Source: Octopus bimaculoides
Lineage: Eukaryota
Assembly (NCBI RefSeq): GCF_001194135.2
Contig: NC_069005.1
Span: forward strand, 14,647,205-14,711,204
Direction: 5' to 3'
Length of the DNA stretch: 64,000 bases
In this document: positions 49,077 to 62,367 of the stretch, piece after piece
Layout: every line of letters starts with the position of its first letter
Numbering within the stretch: position 1 is the first letter of the stretch
Translations under genes and position numbers: made by a program
The notes under the pieces: model-generated
Databases searched by the model: none
The model's input: the letters and a program-made list of their open reading frames with translations, nothing else
What the model was told of the DNA's origin: nothing

Positions 49077-49243
49077 AGTTAATGTACTTTAAGACGAATC
49101 TCTCCCTTCACTACCACCGCTCTCTATACATACCTGCACACACACACATATATGTCCAATAACACTTATTTGTTGAAAAGGTAGTCTTGTATATGCTAAC
49201 ACACGTGAGAATATTTTAAATATTTGTATAAATTATAAATGTA

Positions 49244-49297
<54 letters not shown>

Positions 49298-50700
49298 GAG
49301 AGAGAGAGAGAGGCGTGTTTTTCCTATGTAACAGTCGAATGTAAATCGAAGGATCACCAAATACGTTTTTTTTTTTTACCAGGAAAAGGTTAGTAGTTAT
49401 CTCGTAGTTTCTGTCTTGTTGCCTTCGAAGTAAATGTCAACCTTTTCCCTTGTAAAAACTATATATATATATGTATGTATGTGTGTTGTTTGCATCAGGA
49501 GATAAATAAACCACATTTATTTTTTATTGGAAGATGTAATAAACTAAGTTTGTCTTGTCTTTCTAGTGTGCACACGTCATTCGGTAAAGTAAATTTTTAA
49601 AAATTCACGAGTATTTAAGATTATTTTGTTAATTCAACGACAGCAATTAATGGCTACGTTACTAAATTATTACAATAACTCATTAGAAAATATTATGATC
49701 TAAATAGTTTATTTTTTTTATTCGTCTTTAAAAGTAAAAAAACCAAAATTTTTTTTCAAATTAGTTCGATCATCGGATGTTATTGTCTCCCTTTAGTGCA
49801 AATCCACCAAAATTGCTGTTGTCTCCCTTTGTGGGAGTCAAAAGAAAGAGAAACAAAATTTCCTTGACCGATCGCGTTCTGTGGCAGCCCTTCATTTTAA
49901 CGTTTATCTCATTTACATGAGGTAAGGCCTTCGTTTAAAGCTAAAATAAATAAATCAGCTAATAGTTGTTTCCAAGTGACTGGGGTTATTGATAATTTTC
50001 CTCGGGTACAAACGTGGAACCAACATTCGTATAAAATAGAATCTGAAATTAGTAATTTTCTATTTGACATTCGTAAAATCGAATTTGTTTTAGTTTCAGT
50101 TTCATTTCAACTCGATTAAGCATATCTCATGGATGCCCTACTGCTCCTCGTTTTATTGGTAAATCCCAACGAAATACTTACAGATCAGCAGATAATCAAT
50201 GAAGGGCATAAAATTACTGGCTCGATCTTTGTCAGATTCAGCGACTTGTGTTGCTTAGTGTGCCCACCGTGGATTGATGAATTCTCACATGTGTCTAGGG
50301 CGAAGCTATATTTAAAATAAGTCTTATATTTTTCCTTACTTTTTACTCGCTGTTCGTAGTGTGACACATAATTTTTGAAATGTTTTATTGAAATAAACTA
50401 TGATTTTATCAAATAGGAAATTACTCTGAAATTATCGAATACGCCAACAACATTTTTTAAGTATCGAAGATTACGAATCTTAAATAATAATAACTAGGAG
50501 ATGGTTTGTTCCCTGTTCCACTTTCCCGTGGTTTCAGTTATTGACAGTGTCCGTAATTTTTTTTTTTTTTCCCGAATTCATTTTCAAGAAACATAATCTC
50601 AGATGTTTAAAACAGGAAAAAATACTGTGTGGTAAGAAGTTTGCATCCCAACCACATGGTTCCGGGTTCAATCTCACTGCGTGGCAAGTGTCCTCTGCCA

Positions 50701-50850
50701 GGCGGCGAGCTGGCAGAAACGTTAGCACGCCGGGCGAAATACTTAGCGGTATTTCGTCTGCTGCTACGTTCTGAGTTCAAATTCCGCCGAGGTCGACTTA
50801 GCCTTTCGTCCTTTCGGGGTCGATTAAATAAGTACCAGTACTGGGGTCAA
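50701..50850 (+). mobile_element. SINE (GGCGGCGAGCTGGCAG family), well-preserved copy next to another SINE head
   Basis: GGCGGCGAGCTGGCAGAAACGTTAGCACGCCGGGCG...GAGTTCAAATTCC B-box-like motif; relatives at 47880-48110 (-), 36720-36950 (-), 59080-59230 and 61660-61890. Confidence 0.85.
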
Positions 50851-51689
50851 CTAATTCAACCAAAATTCTTCAAGGCAGCATGGCCGCAGTCCAATGACTA
50901 AAACAAGATTAAAGATAAGAAAGATAAAGCCACCACAGAAAATCCTCAGAGAATGAGAAAAGAGCGATGTCCCCATCGTTTTTCTTGTAGAGTCATCATC
51001 TATGATGCTTAAAAGGTGCAGATTCAGAGAAATTGCAATTTTTNNNNNNNNNNNNNNNNNNNNNNNNNNNNNNNNNNNNNNNNNNNNNNNNNNNNNNNNN
51101 NNNNNNNNNNNNNNNNNNNNNNNNNNNNNNNNNNNNNNNNNNNNNNNNNNNNNNNNNNNNNNNNNNNNNNNNNNNNNNNNNNNNNNNNNNNNNNNNNNNN
51201 NNNNNNNNNNNNNNNNNNNNNNNNNNNNNNNNNNNNNNNNNNNNNNNNNNNNNNNNNNNNNNNNNNNNNNNNNNNNNNNNNNNNNNNNNNNNNNNNNNNN
51301 NNNNNNNNNNNNNNNNNNNNNNNNNNNNNNNNNNNNNNNNNNNNNNNNNNNNNNNNNNNNNNNNNNNNNACTGAACCATGTGCATGCAACCACAATATAC
51401 ATATATGTGTGTGTCTGTGTTTGTCCCCCACCAGTGTATTTAAATTCTCATAACCTAGCAGTTTGGCAAAAGAGACAAATAGAATAAGTACCAGTACTGG
51501 GGTCAACTAATTCAACCAAAATTCTTCAAGGCAGCATGGCCGCAGTCCAATGACTAAAACAAGATTAAAGATAAGAAAGATAAAGCCACCACAGAAAATC
51601 CTCAGAGAATGAGAAAAGAGCGATGTCCCCATCGTTTTTCTTGTAGAGTCATCATCTATGATGCTTAAAAGGTGCAGATTCAGAGAAAT

Positions 51690-52270
51690 TGCAATTTTTA
51701 ACAACAAGTTCTAGTCTGAGTTGGCTTGGTTTCTAAGGCAGGATGCCCTACCTAATGTCAACTCCTTTACAATTTGTGCTGGGTGCTTTGAACATGGTAA
51801 CACATGAGAACTTTTATGTAGCACCAGGACAAGTGCTTTTTGCATGGCACTGGCACACAACTCTTGCAGGCCAATCCTTTTCACCAGGGAGAGTGGCCTT
51901 AACAGTTCTGATGTGGAGGATGGGTTTTCTTGAGTACAGCAAGGTACCAGGTATCTCGGTCCTTTGTCATCTCGTCTGAAAAGTTCATCCTGAAATCATC
52001 CTCCTGTACTTCGTCCCATGTCTTCCTTGGTCTCCCATTTCCATGTTCCATCTACTTTGAGAGATTGGTACTTCTTTATGGAGCTGTCAGCATCCATCTG
52101 CATTACATGGCCAAACCAGCACAGACTTCTCTCTTGCACACTGCATCTAATTCCTCCCATGCCTAACTTCTTTCTCAATACACTAGTGCTCTGTCAATTA
52201 TGTACGTTTACATTACAGATCCAGCATTCCTCTCTAGTCTTTACATGTCCTCTGCATTCAGGGCCCATAT
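51690..52270 (-). mobile_element. RTE LINE 3' fragment
   Basis: GIRCSVQERSLCWFGHVMQMD motif; similar to 12600-12950. Confidence 0.75.
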
Positions 52271-52569
52271 CTCACTACCATGTCAAATTGTTGTTTGTTA
52301 TTTGTAAATGAAAGTTACAAACTTCTTTCATAACCATTGCTGCATTAACTTGATAACCTTGTCTCTCAATTAAGATGCGTAAACATGCAACACTGAGCAT
52401 ATTAAATGGTTCTAAACAATACTAAACACGAAAACAAGCAAAGAAAAAGAAAGCGCTATAAAATAGTAAAAAAAAATTATTGACTTGTTATCTCAATCTT
52501 TTACTTGTTCCTGTCATTGGATTGCATCCATGTTGAGACGCTACCTTGAAGGGTTTAGTTGAATAAAGA

Positions 52570-52898
52570 AAAAAATAAATATAAATAAAAATAAAGGTAA
52601 TAAAGATAAGACTAATAGTAATTGAGAACAGTGGAGAGTTAAATCCATCAAGAATAAAGAAATGGAATATTTTGGAGTGGTCAATATTGTTGTGTTCTTG
52701 TCAAAAGATGACCTGTGTGGTGCCCCTTGATTTGAGGTCACATATTCAGTTCTCACAGGTGGTATGGTACACATAGACATATGTATACATATGCACACAC
52801 TAATATACTTACATGCCTCTTAACTATTATACCTTTACATGTACGCACACATATGCAAACATCATATATGCATACACACACATACACGTGTGTGTATG

Positions 52899-52933
<35 letters not shown>

Positions 52934-53128
52934 GTATGTACACCATACTACCTGTGAAACTGAATATGTGACCTCAAATCAGGTCATCTTTTGACAAGAA
53001 CACAACAATATTGACCACTCCAAAATATTCCATTTCTTTATTCTTGATAGACTTAATTCTCCTCTGCACTGTTCTTAATTACTATTAGTCTTATCTTTAT
53101 TACCTTTATCTATTTATTTTTATTTTTT
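52570..53128. repeat. Long inverted repeat (about 200-bp arms) around a microsatellite spacer
   Basis: 52570-52780 is the near-exact reverse complement of 52935-53128 apart from one small indel. Confidence 0.85.
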
Positions 53129-54046
53129 CCTTTATTTCATTTACTTTTTTCCTCTTCTTCTTTGCCTTCTCTCTTCCTTCCTTTTGTTCTTCTTCTTGTT
53201 CTTCTTCTTCTTCACACTTGCTTTTGTATTTATATATATATATATATATATATATAAGGTGAGCAAAAGTCTACATACGCCACTATATGTTTATATAAAT
53301 CCAAAAATTGGAACAAGAACGCAGACAACAGTAAAACATCCGGACAGATAGACGATAAAAAGATGGGCAAGAAAAAACAAGGACGAGTCATTCAGAACAA
53401 TCTCTCATCAGTTCATCAGTCAAGTATCCAGATAATCATAACAATTGCGGCCAGTTACACTTGAGACTGTTCAAATCTGGCTGGCCCCAAAAATCTAAGC
53501 TAAGAGGATTAAATTTTTGGGGAGAAAGCAAGTGAATGTATACGACAAGAAAGACAGGAAAAACAGAGAAAATGTTACACAATTACAAATAAATTACAAG
53601 TAAATAACAACGGGTGTCTTTCGACCACCAAAGAGAAATCAAGTTGAACTGGCGTGTGTAGAGTGAAAGTTATGAGGCAGGAATATAGGAGATGCTTTGC
53701 AGCCAGCAGTTGAGCCAAGAAAGAAAGATCATGCTTGGCCAAACACCAGTCACGTGGAAGGAAAGGAGAATGGTAGGGGGCAGAGGGAAAGAATGAAAAA
53801 GAGAGGAAATCCAAAGGCACATAGAGAAAGGTACAAGAGAGATAAACGAGGAGGGGCAGTAGGGAGATTAAAAAAAGAAGGCCAAGAAATGTGAGAGAAG
53901 GGGAATAAGAAAAAGAAAAAAGAGGAAAGAAAGTATGAGAGGAGTTGTTATTTATATTTGTAATTGTGTAACATTTTCTCCATTTTGCTAAGTTACAGGC
54001 ATGTAAACATACTAGCATTGGTTGTCAAGCAATGGTGGGGGAACAA

Positions 54047-54084
<38 letters not shown>

Positions 54085-54449
54085 GACAGGCTTCTTTCAG
54101 TTTCCATCTACCAAATCCACTCACAATGCATTGGTCAGTCTGAGGCTACAGTAGAAGGCACTTGCCCAAGGTGCCATGCAGTGGGACTGAATTTGAAACC
54201 TTGTGGTTGGGAAGCAAGCTTCTTACCACACATCCACTCCTGCTCCTATATATCTACACTATAATAGAGAAAGCTGCTTGTTAATTAGGTATATAACAAT
54301 TACTAAAAGAAAGCAATTATTAAAGGGCTGACCATCTGGAAATATCTGTATAAATTCATGTTCTAAGAATTTTCCAATAATTTCGATTTCTCAAGTTTAC
54401 TGAATTTTTTACCTCCAATTTCTCACAAATTTAAGTATTCATTGCATTC

Positions 54450-55671
54450 ACTGCAGAGTATTTCATGAGAATTTATTTGCCACAAGAAAATTTACATAAT
54501 AGAAAATGTTTTTATTCTTTGTGTCCTCCTTCTTAATAACTGCCTTCACACGCTTCCTGAAACTTGCACAAGTGCACCTCAAATATTCGGGAGACAACTT
54601 CTCCCATTGTTTTTTAATAATATCTTTAAGAGAGTCGACATTACTGTGTGATGTTCTATTGGTAGCATGTTCTAAAATGCCCCAAATAGCATAATCCAGA
54701 GGATTTAGATCTGGGCTAGAAAGTGGCCATAAACATGATTCCAAAAAATTGCTAAAGTTGGATTTGCAGAAATCTTGTATTTTTCTAGCAGTGTGGGCTG
54801 GAGCACCATCCTGTGTTCATATATAATTACCATCTGGGTAGTTTGCTTTAAGCCATGGCAATACCTGGTATCTCAGAGTCTTGTAGTAAGTATTAACATT
54901 GATCTTTTCATCAGCTTTGTAGAATTTTATAGGCATTTTCTTTCCATCAGAAACCACAACACCAAAAGCCATAACTTGAGCAGGATGTTTTGTTTTGAAT
55001 GTCCCCTTAACCTCAGCTGTCGATTTTGCGATAAATCTGTCATTTCTGCGGTTCAGAACAGCATCGACAGTGAAGATATTTTCATCTGAAACGATCGTTA
55101 CAATGGAGGACTTTTTCTTGAACCATATAATAATTTTCTTGCACCTTTCCAATCTCTTTTCCTTCATAGCTGTTGTCAACAAGTGTTTTGGTGTTCTTGT
55201 GTAAGATTTTAGCCTCAAATCATATTTTTACTGCATTTCTAATGGTCTTGTTGTCTACCTCAAGTTCAATTGCCATTTTTCTCATGGATTTGGTTGGATC
55301 CTTTAGAATTTTGGATTTGAGAGCTTTAATAAAAGCTTTGGTACGTTTTTTGTTGATTCCTCTACTTCCAGACTTCCTCGTAATAGTTTTGCTCATAGCC
55401 ATTCTATTCTTTACATTATAAACAGTCTTTATTGATACTCCAACTATTCTTGAAATCTCCTTTGGTGTGACGAGTGCATTCAGCAAATGACACACTCTTT
55501 GACATTTGCTTTCCTGATTACTCACATGGGCAAAAGTTTCTGAAAAGGTAAGGATAATAGTGTTAGGTATGATTATGACATCAATATATGCTAGGTTTCA
55601 AAACAATTGACTTAGTGCCTGCTAAGAAAAAACAACTTAACGTTCATTGTAAATTTTGCTTCCCCACCCTG
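54450..55671 (-). mobile_element. maT-type (DD37D) transposon, near-intact transposase pseudogene
   Basis: MSNQESK.. HTH region, VSDENIF, TQDGAPAHT-(37 aa)-PLDY; +1 frameshift near 55225 and TGA near 54817; right terminus CACCCTG|TA at 55671; left terminus not resolved. Confidence 0.9.
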
Positions 55672-55692
55672 TATATATATATACACACATAC

Positions 55693-56222
55693 GTGGAGGC
55701 GCGTGGCTTAGTGTCAGCACCATGATCGTAAGATTGTGGTTTCAATTCCTGGACCTGGCAACACGTGTTCTTGAGCAAAACACTTCATTTCACATTGCTC
55801 CAGTCCACTCAGCTGGCAAAAATGAGTAACGCTGCGATGGACTGGCGTCCCATCCAGCTGGAGAACACATACACCACTGAAACTGGGAAACCAGGCCCAT
55901 GAGCCTGGCTAGGCTTTAAAAGGATGCAGTGGAGGCGCAATGGCCCAGTAGTTAGGGCAGTGGATTCGCGGTTTCAATTCTCAGGCTGGGCGTTGTGAGT
56001 GTTTATTGAGCGAAAACACCTAAAAGTTCCACGAGGCTCTGGCAGGGGGTGGTGGCGACCCCTGTTGTACTCTTTCGGCCCAACTTTCTCTCACTCTTTC
56101 TTCCTGTTTCTTGTGTAATGCTGCGATGGACTGGCGTCCCGTCCAGCTGGGGGGAACACATACGCCATAGAAACTGGGAAACCGGACCCATGAGCCTGGC
56201 TAGGCTTTGAAAGGGTGCATAA
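55693..56222 (+). mobile_element. Two tandem tRNA-derived SINEs
   Basis: Heads GGAGGCGCGTGGCTTAG (55694) and GGAGGCGCAATGGCCCAG (55931); shared 3' block GCTGCGATGGACTGGCGTCC...CATGAGCCTGGCTAGGCTTT. Confidence 0.85.
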
Positions 56223-57307
56223 ATAATAAATATATACATACATACATATATGTATATATACATATATACATATGTATGTATATAAAATATATACACACAC
56301 ACACACACGACTCAGTGGTTGGAGTATCGGACTCACAATTATGAGGTAGTGAATTTTATTTCCAGACTGAGCTGTGTGTTGTGTTCTTGAGCAAGACACT
56401 TTATTTCACATTGCTCCAGTTCACTCAGCTGGTAGAAGTGAGTTGTGATATCACTGGTGCCAAACTGTATTTGCCTTTGCCTTTACTTTGGATAACATCA
56501 GTGGTGTGGAGAGGGGAGGCTGGTCTTCCATAAACAACCTTGCCCCCTTGGAGGGGAACTTTCTAGGTGCAATCTCATTGTCATTCATGACCTTGGGTAA
56601 ATATCAGAGACATGGAGGAGGGATTCGCATGTAGGGGCAACATAACCAACTGAGGCCCTGCATATTTTAACTGCTTCACACACATTGTAACTGCTATAAA
56701 AAAAAATGAAAATAGGTTGTTCATTAATTTAGCATGTTTTCCATGGGTTGGATGACTTGACAGAAACTGACAAGGCCAGGGGCTGCACCAGGTTCTATAG
56801 TCCATTTTGGCTTGGTTTCTATGGCTAGATACCCTTTCTAACACCAACTACTTTACAGTGTACTGGGTGCTTTTTTTTTTACATGGCATCAGCACCCACA
56901 CTAATGCTTTTACATGGCACCTTGGTTTCAAATGGTTTCATAGTTCATATGTCAAATAAAGCTTAGCATGATGGAAATTTTTTTTCTACTAAACTTCCTT
57001 TAAATATACTATATTCATATCATTAAAACAAACCTGGCAACTTGGGAACACACATCCCAGTGGGGAAGCTTCTATATGGTCACTGAACTTGCTAAAAATA
57101 GCAGCTAATTCTCCTTTAAATCACAACCTCACATATTTAAAAAAAAAAAAAGTATTGGATAGTGTATTCCCACATGTATTATGGGTGAATAAAAGTGAGG
57201 TGGTTATTGCTGGAAGACCTATGAACATAGTTCTATTGGCCCAGAGTTGACTTTGGGCAAATCAGTAACAATTCTGGATTGCATTGTAGAAGGGCCATGA
57301 TTTTTAA

Positions 57308-57523
57308 CCTTTTAGCATTCAGATTTCTCTGTCGACTGTAATGCTTATTTATTCACATTAATTTGAATTAGTCATGCACTACTTTGTAGCTTTGAGATTC
57401 CAATGGCATGCGTGTTTATTTTTAGAATAATATTTTAGGGTAAATGTGAGAGGCCAGATCTGGCTAGTTTGAAGATAAAACAGATTATTTTGGCCAGATA
57501 TGGCTAGTTTAAATGTTAAAGGG
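57308..57523. mobile_element. piggyBac-like MITE, copy 5
   Basis: TTAA|CCTTTTAGCATT ... AATGTTAAAGGG|TTAA. Confidence 0.78.
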
Positions 57524-57635
57524 TTAAACTGATAACAATTATAAGAAAAAGAAAGGATTTTGATGCCTTTTTTCTAATGATTGTATCTGTCTCAGTTAAA
57601 AGAAAAACAAAAAAGACTTCACACCATGCCTTTGC

Positions 57636-57671
<36 letters not shown>

Positions 57672-58519
57672 CCAACACTTGGTACACATTTTCACTTAAG
57701 CAAACTGGAACGACATAATATGTAGTGTCACCTGGTCTAGAAATTGAAGCTATGACCTTATGGTTGTAAGCCCAACACTAGGCCACGTGCTTAAATAAAA
57801 TTAAAAAATAATAAAAAATATCAAGGTAGTGATGTAAAGTAACAAGTGAAAGTGGTAAATAGAAAAGATGTAGGACAAGCACTGAAGAATAATAGTGAAG
57901 CATTGGAGAAATGATAGACAAATAATCTTTGAGTTTTATTATTAGCAATGTCATGTCAAGCAAGAAAGAGACTTTTTGTGCTGCATTTTTCACATTTCTA
58001 TATTAATAACTCTTTGTAATTAGCTGTTGTTAAGCATTTGCAGAATAAAAATAATTTTCTTTTTCATGCTGCATACATTGTGATTGAGAGATTTGTCAAC
58101 TATATTTACCAGCCTACATTTAGACTTAAGGATACAAAAGCATGTATAAACCAGTGGTTCTCAACCAGGGTCCATATATGATTTGGTAGTGGTGGGGATC
58201 CATGCAGCAAAATAGTAGATTGGGGATCCACAATAGTACTTAAAGGGTCCCTGAAAAAATTTTGCATTGGTATGTATTGCAAGAAACATCTGGGTTTCTT
58301 TATCTAACATTTTACATAGTCCAACCTACACAAGTTAATGTGTGAAAACATTAATAAATAACATTCTAATAAACCTTGACATTAGGAGGGCAGCCAGCCG
58401 TAGAAACCATGTCAAATTAGATTGGAACTTGGTGCAGCTTACCAGTTTTCAGTCAAACCGTCCAACCCATGCCAGCAAGGAAAACAGACGCTAAATGATG
58501 ATGATAGTTTAAGCACCAA

Positions 58520-59040
58520 ATATTAGCCCCGTGACTTTTTTATTTTTTGGAATTTTCAGAAAATGTTTGCAAATTTGTGTTCAACACACGGGAATTCATA
58601 CAATTATGCCAAACCAAAATAAGAAAAAAATTGTGTGATTTAAAGGTGATTTAGCTGTTGTTTTTAGCACATCTCACGACCATCTCATACCGTCCTCGTT
58701 TTTTTGTCATCCTGATATGTATTGATGTTTTCAATATTTTTCTCCCCATAAAGACATTTATTCCTAGACTGAGCTGTGTGTTGTGTTCTTGAGCAAGACA
58801 CTCTGCTGGGATTTAAGCAAAAAATTCGGACTGTCCATACGTTAAAATCTAATCTAAAAAAATAAATAAATGAGGAAGAGAGTGGACATTTTAGGATTGG
58901 GGGGGGGGGGGNNNNNNNNNNNNNNNNNNNNNNNNNNNTTTTTTTTTTTTTCATAATCGTATGAATTCCCACATTTAGAACACGAATTCGCAAAAGTTTT
59001 CTTAAAATTCCAAAAAAATAAAATAGTTATGAGGGGGTAC
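58520..59040. mobile_element. MITE/foldback with about 90-bp inverted arms
   Basis: 58520-58610 pairs with 58950-59040 (TTTTTTGGAATTTT..GGGAATTCATAC.ATTATG); interior holds a SINE scrap and an N gap. Confidence 0.7.
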
Positions 59041-59329
59041 TTAAACCAGAATTCCGTCACAAAATGCATTACTTTCGGCTTTAGGTTTCAAGTTTAAATG
59101 CTGCCGAAATCGACTTTGCTTTTCATCCTTTCGGAATCAATAAAATATGTACCAGACGACTACTGGGGGAGGGAGATGTAACCCCCTCCTCCAAAATTTC
59201 AGGCCTTGTGCCTGTCGTAGAAAGGATTATCATAAATACCACTAAGTAAAATTTCTTGCAGTATTTAGTTAATTCCCTTCATATTCTGATATAATAGACA
59301 ATAGCCTCCCTCTGAGAATACGTGACGTC

Positions 59330-60430
59330 ATATAGTAGAAATGATTCTCAAGCTACTGCTTGAGTATTCCGTTCGTATCGAGATGTGCGGGCGTCGTGTC
59401 GTAATGTTGTCGGGCAACAGAGAGGTCGAGGTTGTTGGTACTAGTAACTGGAGCAAAATTGAACCCAAACAAATTAAAGGGCTTGCATGCAGATCGGCAC
59501 CGGGAGAAGTAGGTGCAGAATGACTTGCGCCGTAGTGCGCTGTATCGACAATTTCGAGGTTAAGTTGCTTGCGTCTGGTTCGGTCTGGACATCCAAGTTG
59601 GATAAGAAGAGGACGAAGCAGAGTGGCCAATCTAACTCAGAACTGGGCTGAAAGGAAGCCATCTCTGAAAGACCGAAGTGGCAGACGCTTACATTGCGTC
59701 CGTTATATGTTACACTCAACTGACTTGCTCTGTTCCAGCTTTTATCCGGACAGATCAGAGTAGCTGCTAGTTTTTGTAGAAGTACCGCGTTTCTCTGGTC
59801 AGGCGGTCCATCTGTTGCCAACATTATGTGCACGGTGTACTCGGAATGCTGTGACTGACGGTGAGTTTACAAACACCGGGATTGCGAGATCTGCAGAAAT
59901 TTCTGGATGGTGAGCTAGTGTGATTGCCGTTTATCAAACACGTATTTCTACTGCCCGACTCTTTGACAGAGCTGCAATCTTGGTTCAAGCAAAGACCAAA
60001 ACCTCTGGCCTCTGAAATGTTTTAGGCGCTCATAAACTCCTGCATGTCTGGTAATGCAGCCAATGGAACTTCCATGCGTGATTTCTGTAGATAACTAGGG
60101 GTAGGGAAGAGCAACAATATTGTCATATTGCCGACGAGAGTCAACTAGCTAGTTGAATTCAGAGAATTTTCGACCAGAGCACTATGGATAAATTCTAGAA
60201 ATCATTAGCCCGACAGTGCTACAGGAGGGCATTGCTGGTTTGAAATAAACTTCACAGGTTCGGAAGTGCTATCAACCGCACTTTTTCGAAATGTTTGCAG
60301 AGCGAAGAAACCATTCTGCATGCACTCGTTCAGTGTCCGAGGATTGCTCACTTGTACAGTTGTATCTGACAACTGTTGTCGCGTCCAAGACACATCCAGC
60401 ATCAGCTGTGTCCACATTGCTAGCAAACAA
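59330..60430 (+). mobile_element. L1/Tx1-clade LINE ORF2 3' fragment, degenerate
   Basis: SLVRRSICCQH..GVLGM, similar to 20140-20220, and the zinc-knuckle region KCLQSEETILHALVQCP; many stops. Confidence 0.75.
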
Positions 60431-61482
60431 AATAAAAAGCCGGAAATTTATTAATTTAGGTTTATTTGAAAGTGAGAATTATTAGGATTGTGTGGTTTTA
60501 TTGGCCTCAAATGTTTCGTGTACAGTATTTCGATTCTTTGACTGTTTAAATTCTATTGAAAAGGTAATACACAAGCTGTTTGGCTCTATGGCAGCATTTC
60601 AACCGTGACCATCTCGTCTATTTCCTTTAGTACTATGCACCACATTATCTATTGTAAAATAGTAGAATGTGATTTGAAGGTGATTAGACTGCTATTTCTA
60701 ACATGTTTACCTCGCCTGTGTACATTTTGTTGTCATAGTTCTAGACGGGCTATGATGAAAGGCATTCCAGTCATGACCATCCCTTCTTTCCAGGAGTATT
60801 TAAGGCTACATCATCCAGTGTACCCCTTTTTAGGGCTACGTTCTTTAGTTTGTCCATACAATAGTTAAGACAGTAGAGTGAGAACTGGCTCTTATTTCTA
60901 GCAAGAACGAGCGCTTCCCTATCTCTAAAGTTCAGCTGACCATTAGTGGTTACCGTTGAGAGTATTTTGGAGCCTAAGTGCAAATAAATACACAAATAAA
61001 ATTGTTGCGATATATAGGCGCAGATGTGGCTGTGTGGTAAGAAGCTTGCTTCCCAACCACATGGCTTCGGGTTCAGTGGCACGACCAAAACCTTGTGAAT
61101 GGATTTGGTAGACGGAACTGAAAGACACCCGTCATATAAATGTGTGAAGTCTTGGGGTCGATTTGTTCGACTAAAATTCTTCAAAGTGGTGCTCCAGTAT
61201 GGTCGCAGTCAAATGGCTTCAATAAAAGAATATATGAATGTAAAAAGGGTCTTGTTTAGTTCCACCGGCATCATCAAACAAAAGTCTCTGTTATAAATAA
61301 AATTAAAATTCCTTTCTTGAAAATAAATCGTTGCCAGTAACCTTTATGTCGAAGTCCCATATCTCAAGAAAAGGGGGAGGTGTTTCTTGTATTTCATACA
61401 ACAATAATTACGATTCTAAAAAAAAATTCCAAAAATTTCAATTTTTTTTCCTATGTGACATGGAACTTCGAAAGGCAGAACT

Positions 61483-61537
<55 letters not shown>

Positions 61538-62156
61538 TCTTTCACTAAGCTTCAAATCATAATGTAACTTGTTCATCATATAGTTTTGAAATAGTTTTTC
61601 GAGATCGTTGTGAATATGTTATGAATGAGATCCAACCGCGACCATTATCATCATCGTTATTATTAAAGCAGCGCGATGACAGAATCGTTAACATGCCCGA
61701 CTAAGTGCTTGGCGGTATTTCGTCCGTCTTTATGTTCTACGTTCAAATTCCACCGTGATCAGCTTTGCTTTCCATCCTTTCGTGGTCGATAAATTAAGTA
61801 TCAGTTACGCATTGGAGTCGATGTAATCGACTTAATCCTTTCTCCCAAATTTGAAGCCTTGTTCTTCCAGTAGAAAGGATTATTATTATTATTATTAAAT
61901 ACAACATAAATAAACATTAAAAGTTTCTTTTAATGTTACTTTACAATATCTTACGATTCGTCAAAACAAGTTCGGAAAAAGTTTTAGTTTCGTACTTTTC
62001 GTCTTATTCATTCATTCATTCATTTGTTTTGTGGTGTGATTTTTCTTTGTAAATTCATTAAAGTATTTAAATTTCTAATGAAAAATTTTTTGATAAATAA
62101 TTTTTTTATTCTTCACTGATTTTTTAAACTAATTTTATTTTTTTTATTTTTTGCAG

Positions 62157-62367
62157 CTGCTGTATTGGTTGCCACGTGATCACTACATCCGGGTGATCGG
62201 CCATAGGAGAAATGGCGGTTGCCGTCACAATTGTGTTGTCGGTATCAGAGCCGAGTGAAGCGATCTAGTGGGAAGGAGAAGTAGAAACAATGAATTTGAA
62301 GTGGTGCAAACATACGCTTTCTCTTCCTGTTTGAACTTAATCAAGATACATCAGCGATTATACAAAT
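62157..62367 (+). promoter_or_regulatory. Pinin 5' region: splice acceptor and/or proximal promoter motifs
   Basis: Poly-T TTGCAG acceptor at 62156; ATTGG 62164, CACGTG 62173, ACATCCGG (ETS-like) 62185, AAATGGCG (YY1-like) 62210. Confidence 0.55.

Noticed and set aside
50827-51699. Apparently exact 217-bp direct repeat (50827-51043 and 51483-51699) around an N gap
   Set aside because: Identity with the first copy ending exactly at the gap edge is typical of an unmerged contig overlap, so probably an assembly artefact.
55693-56000. tRNA-like sequences
   Set aside because: A/B-box heads run directly into repeated SINE bodies and lack a complete cloverleaf; these are SINEs, not tRNA genes.
59328-60454. 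GC-richer region with several ORFs, considered as a possible novel gene
   Set aside because: Frameshifted L1/Tx1 ORF2 motifs on the + strand explain it.
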